Of a stretch of DNA of 35,268 nt, positions 19,215-27,757 are shown one piece after another. Under the pieces are notes generated by a model, which saw only the letters and a list, made by a program, of their open reading frames with translations, did not search any database and had not been told where the DNA came from. The stretch's first letter is position 1; every line of letters begins with the position of its first letter. The translations under genes were made by a program, and so were the position numbers. Origin of the DNA: an uncultured Candidatus Saccharibacteria bacterium (GTDB lineage Bacteria; Patescibacteriota; Minisyncoccia; Minisyncoccales; CAZBVF01); assembly GCA_964553275.1 (NCBI GenBank), contig CAZKKG010000001.1, positions 102,993 to 138,260 of the forward strand, given 5' to 3'.

Positions 19215-19227
19215 AAAATAGATATCT

Positions 19228-22200
19228 TTAGTGTCCTCCCGGACAGTAGCACTTACTGGCAGAACAATAGCAATCTTTTCCCGAAGTTGCCGAGCATTTG
19301 TTGCCGTTAGTATTCCTTGTGCAAGTGCAATCATTTTCTTCTACATCTAAAAGGGTGCAGAGGCCGGAACCATCGCAACTTGTATGATATTTCTTTTTAG
19401 TCCCATCTGCTTTTTCATCGCAACTTCCATGATAATCACAGTCAGAGCAAGAACTCCAGGAAATGTCAGTTTCACATCTTGCTCCTTCAGATTCATAATC
19501 TCCGTCAGTAGTACAGCAGGTAGAGAAAGGGTCGCACTCGCCTCCAAAAGACGATTCGTCTTTTACGCATTTTCCATCTTTACAATGTTGTGAATATAAC
19601 ATAGCCGAACCACATTCATCGCCATCCGTATCTTGGGTATCAGTGCAAGTTGTTGTTTCTTTATCGTCAACAGAACAAGAGCCAAAAGCGTCGCATACCT
19701 TATGATTTTTATATTGCGTACCGGTTATGCTTTCCTGGCAGTCACTGGCCTGATCCCAGTCAGTGATGCATGTTCCCCAGGAATAATCGGTAAAACATCG
19801 GGTTCCTTCGGGCTTGTATTGTCCGTCAGGGTCGCAGCAGGAAGTCCCGGGAGTACATACCATATCAGAATAGTGCTCGCATTGTCCGTTCTCGCAATAA
19901 CCCGCCCCTTCGTCACAAGGAATGCCATAAGTATTTCTGGTAATTACACAGTCCCGATATATGTCCCATGAGGAAATATTGCAGTTTCCCTGTTCATCAC
20001 AAGCCATTGTTTTCATGCTCTGGCTTCCAATTTTCATATTATCGCACTCGCTGGTATATTCTCCGCCCGTACATTCGCTCCAATCATATTCTTGGCAGAT
20101 TTTTGCGTATTCTTCATAATATCCTTCATCTGTGCAGCAGGCTGTTCCGGGTTCACATTCCTTCGGTGTATCGGGATTGCAGCATTCTCCCCACAAGGTG
20201 CTTGACATGTTGCATTCTCCATCAATGCAAGCATATTTAAGTGTTTTTTTGCAGTAATTATTGGGACAGTTAGGACAATAAATCGTACTGTGTTTACAGG
20301 TGGCGGTAAGCTCGCCGCACGCTTCTCCGTCAGTCTCTCTTACGCATACGCAGCTGTTGGGTTTTTCTTCATAACCTACGCTAGAACACTCTTTATTATT
20401 GCAAGTTTTAATTGGTCTAATAAAGCTTCCGTTCGATGTATAACTGCATTCGCCCTCGTTGTCCCACTCGCAGGATATGCATTGGTTGGTAAAATAGGCT
20501 CCGACTAAACATACTGTTCCATCAGAATCATAACAACATCCATCGCTGCAGCAATCGTCTTCGTCAGTACACTCGCAGCCTTCCGGGAAAACATTTTCAC
20601 AACTTGAACTGCCAGCATCGCAAAATTGGTTAAGGCTGCAGCTTTCTTCAACTTTCCATTCAGACCCTTCATCCCAATCGTCCCATGATCCGGTACATTC
20701 GGCGCTATCGCCGGAACAGTACTGGTTTTTAAAGTGATATCTAACGCCAACATCGCTTCCGGGATCTACTCCCCAAGGACAGCCGTATCCTTCCTTGTAA
20801 TCAAAGTCGCAAATCTCGTTGCTGTCGGAATAATAGCAATTATCTTCACAGCAATCACCGTAGGCGCAGTCGCAATCGTTGTTGGGTTCACAGAATTGGG
20901 TTGTGAGGCAGGATTTGTCTTTTGCCGAGCAAATATCTGTATTATTGCAGGATTTTTCAACTTCCCAGTTGGACCAAAGTCCCCAATCTCCCCATTCACC
21001 ATTGCAATACCCTGAACTCCCGGAGCAATATCTATCCTTTTTCCGAGCTCTTATTCCGAGATCATCTCCGCAATCTGTTCCCCAGGGACAGCCATAATCC
21101 GTTTCTATTTCAGCATCGCATTTTTGATTGGTATCCAAGAAGTAACATCCGTCGCAGCATGCACCGTTTATACATTCACACAGGGAAGATGCACAGAAGG
21201 AGCTGTATTCACATGCTCCAGCGCCTGATACGCAGTATTCTGTCGAGTCGCATGATTTATATGTTTTTTTATTCGACCAGTTTCCCCAATCCGTCCATAA
21301 GCCGGTACAGCTTGCACTCTCTCCGGAACAAAATTGATATTTGAGCCTGGTCTGCACCACAACACTGTTTCCGCAGTTATCAGAAGGATCGGTAGACGGA
21401 AAATCACCGCTGCAGCTCCAGAGATAGTCGGCTTCATATTCGCAAGCTTGAATTTTGGGATGATAATGGCATCCATCGCAGCACGGTCCGGAGGTACATT
21501 CGCAATCCGTTGCTGTTGTTTTATTTCCCATAATGGCAAAAATAGAAAAATGACTGGTACTAGCAGTCACTGTGTTATTTACCGTATCTACGGCACTTGG
21601 CAGTCCCACCCAGCGGGAAAGAATTTCATCGTAGTGATAAATAGCCAAAGTGTCTTCATCCAAACCGGCAATTTGGCTGTCGGTATAGGCCAAGGTAATA
21701 GTGGCTGGTATTGTAGTATCTTCTTGAGGAACAACCAAGTAAACATCATCTCCGATTATGCCTTGGCTTTCGGGAACGGAATTTACTTCATTCGCCACAA
21801 AATCGTCAGTAGATCTTATTGGAGTAACAATGAGATTGCTTTCTGCTGTAGTTTCTGTTTCACAATAGACTTTTATGGTGCCTATGGGAGGGTAATTAAA
21901 TCCGCTATATTGTGATCCGCCTGAATTATAATCTCCCGTAAATTCGCAATACCACCCTTCACTAACGTTGCTTAATTCATTTCCTCCCGTCAGCGTTGTA
22001 TTCTCTCCGGGAATGCATTCGCCGCCCGTGGCTATTTGGTCCGTATCTTCGCATTCAAGAGTTTCCTTTAATGGAATGCCGAAAGTGTTTGTATCGGAAT
22101 AAGTTTTTTCATAAGTTTCTGTTCCGTCGTCTTCAGGAGGAACATAATCAGGATCTGGTATGCAGTCAACGCTTATATTAACTTCAGGAGGGTAGAAAGT

Positions 22201-23073
22201 GTTCAAGTTTACGTTTTCGCTTTTTCCTCTAAAGGTACAAGTATATCCTTTACCATCATCGCTAATTCCCTGGCTAGTAACAAGCGTCTTGCTTTCATCT
22301 ACCGGGGTGCATTCTCCGCCTGTAGCTATTTCGTCTAACTCTTCACATTCTTTAGTTTTTGTTACTAAGTCGCCAGAAGTGTTTGGGTCGGAGTATGTTT
22401 CTTCTTCCTCCTCAATACAATCAACTGTTGTTTCACCATTAGCAGAAACTCCATCCGGGTCTATAGCCTCAAAGTCGCAATAATATCCCTTTCCATCACT
22501 AGTAATTCCTTCACTAGATACTTCACTATTTTCTCCCGGTTCACAACTTCCTCCCGTAGCTTCGTATCCCGAATCACATTCAGACGATACTTTAACACTA
22601 TCCTGACCTGTATCAGCAGTGCCGGAGGTTGTGTTTTGTTCTGGTCCTGGTTGTCCGCTACTGCCAGAAGTTTCGCATTCAATTTCCCACCATTTATACA
22701 AAGGACTGTCTGTTTGCGTCTTCACGATTCCGCTTCCAACTAAAAGTGCATCTATTATTATCCATGCACAGTAGATGATAATCAATCCGATAACCACCGA
22801 AGTAATGGTCGTATTTGCGCGCCTTAATGCCGCAGGACTTATTCCTCCGAGATAGTACAGCACGCCTCCGAATAAAAGCATGAGCGCCGCTAAGGGCGGT
22901 ACTATATTAATCATCACAAGCTTTACAATGTTGTTGAACATAACAAAGAGATGGCACAAAGTGCACTCTGGTTGTCCTTCTCCTCCGCAAGGCACCAGGC
23001 CTTCAGCATGGATTAAAAAGGGAACCATAAGAAGAAAAAGCATTGCAAAACCCGCTAAGATTGTTTTTTTCAT
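19228..23073 (-). CDS. Large surface protein: pilin-like N-terminus, ATGG-C repeats, HFS-motif domain and Cys-rich disintegrin-like repeats
   Basis: Signal peptide, GLVPCG..CTLCHLF and two TM helices (CPR pilin/VirB2-like); 3 C..ATGG.C repeats; TSHFSIFAI; about 7 CxC...CC repeats. Confidence 0.8.
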   Translation of the reverse strand: MKKTILAGFAMLFLLMVPFLIHAEGLVPCGGEGQPECTLCHLFVMFNNIVKLVMINIVPPLAALMLLFGGVLYYLGGISPAALRRANTTITSVVIGLIIIYCAWIIIDALLVGSGIVKTQTDSPLYKWWEIECETSGSSGQPGPEQNTTSGTADTGQDSVKVSSECDSGYEATGGSCEPGENSEVSSEGITSDGKGYYCDFEAIDPDGVSANGETTVDCIEEEEETYSDPNTSGDLVTKTKECEELDEIATGGECTPVDESKTLVTSQGISDDGKGYTCTFRGKSENVNLNTFYPPEVNISVDCIPDPDYVPPEDDGTETYEKTYSDTNTFGIPLKETLECEDTDQIATGGECIPGENTTLTGGNELSNVSEGWYCEFTGDYNSGGSQYSGFNYPPIGTIKVYCETETTAESNLIVTPIRSTDDFVANEVNSVPESQGIIGDDVYLVVPQEDTTIPATITLAYTDSQIAGLDEDTLAIYHYDEILSRWVGLPSAVDTVNNTVTASTSHFSIFAIMGNKTTATDCECTSGPCCDGCHYHPKIQACEYEADYLWSCSGDFPSTDPSDNCGNSVVVQTRLKYQFCSGESASCTGLWTDWGNWSNKKTYKSCDSTEYCVSGAGACEYSSFCASSLCECINGACCDGCYFLDTNQKCDAEIETDYGCPWGTDCGDDLGIRARKKDRYCSGSSGYCNGEWGDWGLWSNWEVEKSCNNTDICSAKDKSCLTTQFCEPNNDCDCAYGDCCEDNCYYSDSNEICDFDYKEGYGCPWGVDPGSDVGVRYHFKNQYCSGDSAECTGSWDDWDEGSEWKVEESCSLNQFCDAGSSSCENVFPEGCECTDEDDCCSDGCCYDSDGTVCLVGAYFTNQCISCEWDNEGECSYTSNGSFIRPIKTCNNKECSSVGYEEKPNSCVCVRETDGEACGELTATCKHSTIYCPNCPNNYCKKTLKYACIDGECNMSSTLWGECCNPDTPKECEPGTACCTDEGYYEEYAKICQEYDWSECTGGEYTSECDNMKIGSQSMKTMACDEQGNCNISSWDIYRDCVITRNTYGIPCDEGAGYCENGQCEHYSDMVCTPGTSCCDPDGQYKPEGTRCFTDYSWGTCITDWDQASDCQESITGTQYKNHKVCDAFGSCSVDDKETTTCTDTQDTDGDECGSAMLYSQHCKDGKCVKDESSFGGECDPFSTCCTTDGDYESEGARCETDISWSSCSDCDYHGSCDEKADGTKKKYHTSCDGSGLCTLLDVEENDCTCTRNTNGNKCSATSGKDCYCSASKCYCPGGH

Positions 23074-23144
23074 GTTGATTAATTATATCACGGAATTTTA
23101 AATATTTAAATAAAAGAATTAAAAAATCTTCTTATGAATTTTAT

Positions 23145-23219
23145 TGGTGCCCTCGCTCCGACTCGAACGGAGATCTACGAGTCCGAAGCCCGTTATGTTA
23201 TCCATTACACCACGAGGGC
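23145..23219 (-). tRNA. tRNA-Arg(TCG), CCA encoded
   Basis: Acceptor GCCCTCG/CGAGGGC, anticodon arm ACGGG-CTTCGGA-CTCGT, T arm CTCCG-TTCGAGT-CGGAG, 3' ACCA. Confidence 0.95.
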
Positions 23220-23233
23220 AGATATTTGATTTA

Positions 23234-23249
23234 TGTTCCACGTGGAACT
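23234..23249. promoter_or_regulatory. parS site
   Basis: TGTTCCACGTGGAACT is 15/16 to the parS palindrome TGTTCCACGTGGAACA. Confidence 0.8.
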
Positions 23250-23331
23250 TCTTGAAAAAACTCTTTGCTCTTATGATTTTACCAGATATTTGGAAAAAAA
23301 CAAAATACGGGATATAATGAGGAAAATAAAT

Positions 23332-24870
23332 ATGAATATTCCAAAAGAAGTAAAATTTATCATTTCAGAACTTGAAAAGAACGGTTTTGAATCCTTTATT
23401 GTCGGAGGTTGCGTTCGAGATCTTTTTAACGGGAAAGAGCCCAATGATTGGGACGTTGCCACTTTGGCTGAACCAAAGGAAATAGAGAAGATCTTTCCGG
23501 AAAACTATGCAAATAATGATTTTGGAACGGTAACGGTTCGGATTAAAAAAACAAAAGACGATTTCTTTGAAGCGGAAGTCACCCCCTACAGAATTGAATC
23601 AAGATATACCGACAAAAGGCATCCTGATGAGATAAAATGGGCGAAAAGCATAGAAGAGGACTTAAAAAGGCGCGATTTTACCGTAAATGCTATGGCTTTG
23701 GGAATAAGATTCATTTCTTCAATGGAACCTCAGCCCTTAGGCCAAATTTATGGAAAGGGAGCAGGAGGAACCTATCCGGAAGAAAAAATGAAAATTGATA
23801 TTATTGATCTTTTCGAAGGCCGAAAAGACCTTAAAAGCAAAACCATTAGAGCCGTAGGAAAGGCAAAAGACAGGTTTTCAGAAGATGCCTTAAGGATGAT
23901 GAGGGCGGTAAGATTTGCTTCAACCTTAGGGGCAGGATGGAAAATTGAAGAGAAGACAAAGAAAGCTATTAAAGAGAATGCTCACCTTCTTTCCGTTATT
24001 TCCAAGGAAAGAATCAGAGACGAGTTAATGAAAATCATAATGTCAGAAAGGGCCAAGCAAGGAATTGAACTTTTAAGAGAATTAGACCTTCTCAAGCATG
24101 TTATCCCCGAGCTTGAAGAAGGGTATGGTGTAAGTCAGAATAAGCACCATACTTATGAAATCTACGACCATAACTTAAGGTGCTTGGGTTATGCATCAGA
24201 GAAGGGATACAACAAATATGTAAGATTGGCTGCTCTTCTTCATGATATTGCCAAGCCAAGAACTAAAGAAGGAGAAGGGATTGATGCTACCTTTTACGGC
24301 CATGAGATAGAAGGAGCTAAGATGACCAGGGATATTTTAAGAAGGCTTAAGTTTTCAGGAAAAGACATTAAGAAAGTAGTAACTTTGGTGAGGTATCACC
24401 TATTTTACTATAACGTGGATGAGGTTTCAGAGTCTTCGGTAAGAAGGCTGGTTCGCAATGTAGGCTATGAAAACATAGAAGAGCTGCTTCAAGTTAGATA
24501 CTGTGACAGGATTGGATCCGGATGTCCCAAAGCAGAACCGTACAAATTAAGACATTTAAAGTATTTGATTGAAAAAACTTCTCACGATCCTATCTCCGTT
24601 AAAATGTTGGCAGTTTCAGGCAGTGACGTTATGGATATATTAAAGATTTTCCCTTGTTCTAAGATAGGACAAGTTCTGGACATTTTGTTAGGACATGTTT
24701 TATCCTATCCCAAGAAGAATAAAAAAGATGTCCTAACAAAAGAAATTGAACGCTTGGGCAAGCTAAAGGACGAAGAATTAAAAGATCTTGCTGAAAAATC
24801 CCGGAAAGAGACCCAAGAAGTTGAAATGAAAATGGACTTTATGACGAAAAAGAAGTATTGGGTAAGTTAA
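23332..24870 (+). CDS. cca: CCA tRNA nucleotidyltransferase with HD domain
   Basis: VGGCVRD, DWDVAT, DLKRRDFTVNAMA, FSEDALRMMRAVRF, ERIRDE and LLHDIAK. Start moved to MNIPKEV because the longer ORF overlaps parS and a TATAAT box. Confidence 0.9.
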   Translation: MNIPKEVKFIISELEKNGFESFIVGGCVRDLFNGKEPNDWDVATLAEPKEIEKIFPENYANNDFGTVTVRIKKTKDDFFEAEVTPYRIESRYTDKRHPDEIKWAKSIEEDLKRRDFTVNAMALGIRFISSMEPQPLGQIYGKGAGGTYPEEKMKIDIIDLFEGRKDLKSKTIRAVGKAKDRFSEDALRMMRAVRFASTLGAGWKIEEKTKKAIKENAHLLSVISKERIRDELMKIIMSERAKQGIELLRELDLLKHVIPELEEGYGVSQNKHHTYEIYDHNLRCLGYASEKGYNKYVRLAALLHDIAKPRTKEGEGIDATFYGHEIEGAKMTRDILRRLKFSGKDIKKVVTLVRYHLFYYNVDEVSESSVRRLVRNVGYENIEELLQVRYCDRIGSGCPKAEPYKLRHLKYLIEKTSHDPISVKMLAVSGSDVMDILKIFPCSKIGQVLDILLGHVLSYPKKNKKDVLTKEIERLGKLKDEELKDLAEKSRKETQEVEMKMDFMTKKKYWVS

Positions 24871-24948
24871 AATTAGAAGTTGGTTGTTGAAAATTAGAAA
24901 TTGGTAAACTATTTTTCATTTTCTATTAACTATTTTCTGAGATATCAA

Positions 24949-25019
24949 CGGAGTGTGGTGTAATGGTAGCACGAGTTCCTCGGGTGAATTTAGCCCGGGT
25001 TCGAATCCCGGCACTCCGA
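24949..25019 (+). tRNA. tRNA-Pro(CGG), CCA not encoded
   Basis: Acceptor CGGAGTG/CACTCCG, anticodon arm AGTTC-CTCGGGT-GAATT, T arm CCGGG-TTCGAAT-CCCGG. Confidence 0.95.
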
Positions 25020-25034
25020 CTGTTTTTTTGCCAA

Positions 25035-25050
25035 TGTTTCACGTGGAACA
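25035..25050. promoter_or_regulatory. parS site
   Basis: TGTTTCACGTGGAACA matches the canonical parS consensus. Confidence 0.85.
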
Positions 25051-25067
25051 TTCTAATCTACAATTTA

Positions 25068-25685
25068 ATGAATAATATGAAAAGAGATGAGATAAATCGA
25101 ATTTTAGAGGATCTTAATAAAACTCAAAATAGAAATATAGTTATCATTGATTTTGGTAATGTCCAGAAATGGGAAGAAAGTTTAGGATGGAAAATAGGAA
25201 TTAAACAACTAGGAGGTTTAGTTAAGTGTTTTGCTCAAGGGAAAAGATTCTTGCGAAGATTCTACTATGGTTCCGATCTTGGGCCGAAAGAAAAGTCAAA
25301 AACCCTAAGTTTATGGTCGTCCATGGTTTTGGGAAAAGCCAGAATGAACAACTCGGAAGTTATTACCAAAAGGGTAAAGTATATCCCTGACAAAAATTAC
25401 AAAACAGGTTTTCTTAAAAAATGTAATTTCGATGTTGAAATCTCCGTTGATTTAATAAAAGAATCTGACAATTACGATAAAATAATTTTGTTTTCGGGAG
25501 ATGGTGATTTTGGCTATCTGCTTGAATATTTAAAGGAGAAATATAATAAAAAATCTATTGTTTTTGGAGCAAGAGGGCACATTGGCAAAGAATTGTACGA
25601 TGCAAAATCCAGAGGAATTGTTAGCAGTATCCTGTACGCAGAGGATTTAGAGTATAGATTGAATATGAGCAGATTTAGAAGATAG
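25068..25685 (+). CDS. NYN-domain (PIN-fold) putative RNase (start 25068 or 25077)
   Basis: IDFGNV, RFYYG, KCNFDVEI and FSGDGDF acidic motifs are intact. Confidence 0.85.
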   Translation: MNNMKRDEINRILEDLNKTQNRNIVIIDFGNVQKWEESLGWKIGIKQLGGLVKCFAQGKRFLRRFYYGSDLGPKEKSKTLSLWSSMVLGKARMNNSEVITKRVKYIPDKNYKTGFLKKCNFDVEISVDLIKESDNYDKIILFSGDGDFGYLLEYLKEKYNKKSIVFGARGHIGKELYDAKSRGIVSSILYAEDLEYRLNMSRFRR

Positions 25686-25687
25686 AA

Positions 25688-25750
25688 ATCAAAAACCCGC
25701 TTGAAAGCGGATTTTGATCAAAATCAGGTAAGCCTATAGCTTACACTATC
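25688..25750 (-). ncRNA. Candidate small RNA convergent with the NYN gene
   Basis: Minus-strand promoter upstream, hairpin GTAAGC-TATAG-GCTTAC (25728-25744), then terminator CCGCTT-TC-AAGCGG followed by a T tract; no ORF. Confidence 0.5.
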
Positions 25751-25778
25751 ACCTTATAATATACAAAATTATTGTCAA
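25751..25778 (-). promoter_or_regulatory. Minus-strand promoter pointing at the NYN 3' end
   Basis: TTGACA (25778-25773), 16 nt, TAAGGT. Confidence 0.5.
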
Positions 25779-25784
25779 GAGCAA

Positions 25785-25793
25785 TTATCCACA
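25785..25793 (+). promoter_or_regulatory. DnaA box
   Basis: Perfect intergenic TTATCCACA. Confidence 0.55.
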
Positions 25794-25857
25794 GACAATA
25801 AGATTTGCAAAATGACAAGGGTTAATGCTAAGAAAACAGTTTGAGAGAAGGCTTTCT

Positions 25858-25931
25858 GGGCCGATAGCTCAAAGGAAGAGTATTGCATTCGCATTGCAAA
25901 GATAAGGGTTCGAGTCCCTTTCGGTCCACCA
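25858..25931 (+). tRNA. tRNA-Ala(CGC), CCA encoded
   Basis: Acceptor GGGCCGA/TCGGTCC with G3:U70, anticodon arm TTGCA-TTCGCAT-TGCAA, T arm AAGGG-TTCGAGT-CCCTT. Confidence 0.95.
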
Positions 25932-25982
25932 AAGTTAATATGTTTTAGATTTGAAATTGTTTTTAAGTGTTTTAGCTTATAA

Positions 25983-26150
25983 ATGAAGCGGACATCACCT
26001 TCCAGACAGTTTCTGAAAGAGAAAAATAAAATAAAGTCGATTTTGTCGCCGGCAGGTAAAGAAAAGTGCTCGATTCTTTTAAAAAGGACAGATGTGCCGA
26101 TTGTGTATTTAAACGATAAAAAGGCTATACTAGAGAAGAAAGAACCCTAA
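25983..26150 (+). pseudogene. Probable C-terminal remnant of an NYN-domain gene (55 aa)
   Basis: FLKEKNKIKSILSP..KCSILLKRT..IVYLND resembles the segment after SGDGDF in CPR NYN proteins (recognised from memory); catalytic part is missing. Confidence 0.55.
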
Positions 26151-26206
26151 AAGAAAAAGCCCCCGATGTGGACAGCCACATAAGGGTCTCTTTCGTAGTG
26201 ATACTA
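26151..26206 (-). ncRNA. Candidate small RNA convergent with the NYN remnant
   Basis: Long hairpin AAAGAGACCCTTATGTGG-CTGT-CCACATCGGGGGCTTTTT downstream of a strong minus-strand promoter. Confidence 0.5.
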
Positions 26207-26208
26207 TA

Positions 26209-26236
26209 ATAATATCACATTATAAAGGGTTGTCAA
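26209..26236 (-). promoter_or_regulatory. Minus-strand promoter with extended -10
   Basis: TTGACA, 16 nt, TATTAT with a TGn extension; overlapped by inverted repeat GTGATA-N9-TATCAC (26198-26218). Confidence 0.65.
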
Positions 26237-26391
26237 TAGTCAGGAAACTTTCTTAACCTACTCATATGCAAACTGACAAAAAAGAAGAGTTTTTTACCTT
26301 AACACTTCTTAATACTTCTTTTATCTTTTATCTTTTTTTTGGTATAATCTTCTAAGTCCTAAAGTAAGCTAATATTAATAAAAACAATTTT

Positions 26392-27171
26392 ATGGAAACA
26401 CAGGAATTAGCTTCCAACATTAATCAAAAGCCTGTTCAATTGCCCGGGTTTTTCAAGCTTTTGAAAGAAAGCTTGGGAATAGTTAAAGAAAGATTTTGGA
26501 TTTATTTAGGAATTATACTTATTCCAACAATAGGAATAAGTATAATTATTGTTCTTCTTGCTATCGGGGCGAGTTTATTAACGGCACTTTTTGCCGTTTC
26601 AGGATTTAAGTGGGCGTTTCTTATCATCCTTCTTATGCTTGTCGCTATTGTTGTCATATGGCCGACGCTTGCTATTCTTTATGTTGCCAAAGAGAGAAAT
26701 AGAGATGTAGGCGTTTTTGAAGCTCTAAGAAAAACTTTTCCTAAGATTTTACCTGCATACTGGATTTCTTTATTGGTCAATTTGGCTGTTTCCGCTGGAT
26801 TTCTCTTTCTTGTAATTCCCGGTTTTATTTTTTGGGTTTGGTTTTCTTTAGCTACCCCCGTTCTTTTATCAGAAAACGTTAGGGGGGTTAAAGCTTTATC
26901 AAGAAGCAAGGAATTGGTAAAAGGAAAAGCATGGGAAGTCTTTGTTAGACTGATGGGATTAACGATAATTGGCGGATTGGTTAGTTTTATTACAAGCCCT
27001 CTTCTTAAAAGTGATATGGTCGTTAAAAATCTGATTGCCTATTTAATGCTAATTCCAACAGCATTAGTCCTTAATGTTTTTATTTTTTTACTTTATGAAA
27101 AACTAAGGGATATACGGAAAGAGGATTACAAGGAAGAAAGGATAGAAGGAGAAACTTATCAAGGAGCTTAA
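26392..27171 (+). CDS. Integral membrane protein (about 6 TM, DUF975/YciC-like)
   Basis: Alternating TM helices, LFLVIPG and ALSRSKELVKGK.W. Confidence 0.75.
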   Translation: METQELASNINQKPVQLPGFFKLLKESLGIVKERFWIYLGIILIPTIGISIIIVLLAIGASLLTALFAVSGFKWAFLIILLMLVAIVVIWPTLAILYVAKERNRDVGVFEALRKTFPKILPAYWISLLVNLAVSAGFLFLVIPGFIFWVWFSLATPVLLSENVRGVKALSRSKELVKGKAWEVFVRLMGLTIIGGLVSFITSPLLKSDMVVKNLIAYLMLIPTALVLNVFIFLLYEKLRDIRKEDYKEERIEGETYQGA

Positions 27172-27264
27172 ATCAGCAATAGGAACGTCGAGGTTAAGAT
27201 TCCATAGATTACTAAAGAGGCGAGAGCCTCTTTTTGTTTTCTGCAAATATTGGCTCCAAATCGC

Positions 27265-27292
27265 TTGACAAACTCCGTTAATTTGGTATAAT
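27265..27292 (+). promoter_or_regulatory. Consensus sigma70 promoter
   Basis: TTGACA, 16 nt, TATAAT with TG extension. Confidence 0.8.
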
Positions 27293-27348
27293 ACAGACGA
27301 AAAGAGAGGAATTTCTTTTCAAAGTATATTAAAAAGGAGGCAGGAAAA

Positions 27349-27492
27349 ATGTTATTATACATAATTCCCGGAGTGGTTTTGATTTGTTTAGTATATTTGA
27401 CTGATGGTAGAAAAATAGAACATAAAATTGGCATCAAGAGAACAAATACTGATCACGATTGTATGGTTTCAATGGCTTACTCAGATTGGTAA
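27349..27492 (+). CDS. Small hydrophobic protein, 47 aa (MLLYIIPGVVLICLVYLTDGRK...), absent from the ORF track
   Basis: Follows a consensus promoter and an AAGGAGG SD; N-terminal TM helix. Confidence 0.5.
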   Translation: MLLYIIPGVVLICLVYLTDGRKIEHKIGIKRTNTDHDCMVSMAYSDW

Positions 27493-27544
27493 AACTGGAG
27501 GATTCAAGAGTTTTTCAATAAACACTTGAAAGGAGGTGAAAAAA

Positions 27545-27757
27545 ATGCCTCGGGATGAAATAAGTGATGTCAGAAAGGGAGAGATTGCTTTGGCTATCTT
27601 GAAATATAGGATACAGAAAGAAGGTATCCATCTCGGACCGAATCTTAAAAGAGAGCTAGGTAATTTATCCAAAGAGACAGGGATTCCTCAAGACGAGCTG
27701 AAAGAATTTTGGAAACTCTATATTAAGGAGTTTCTCAAAGAAACTTTGAGTGAGTAA
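27545..27757 (+). CDS. Small hypothetical protein (70 aa)
   Basis: Perfect SD AAGGAGGTGA before the ATG; helical RKGEIAL..RELGN..GI...E pattern. Confidence 0.75.
   Translation: MPRDEISDVRKGEIALAILKYRIQKEGIHLGPNLKRELGNLSKETGIPQDELKEFWKLYIKEFLKETLSE

Noticed and set aside
18730-19225. 13-bp inverted repeat (ATATCTATTTTAT / ATAAAATAGATAT) bracketing the 165-aa gene
   Set aside because: Very AT-rich, one copy is inside the coding sequence, and there is no recombinase or target duplication; chance is plausible
23233-23331. N-terminal extension of cca in the ORF track
   Set aside because: It overlaps parS and the probable promoter; family similarity begins at MNIPKEV
24963-25067. N-terminal extension of the NYN ORF
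   Set aside because: It runs through tRNA-Pro and parS; ATG 25068 or 25077 is more plausible
27168-27437. 89-aa minus-strand ORF
   Set aside because: It overlaps a consensus plus-strand promoter and an SD-supported small ORF, and has no recognisable motif
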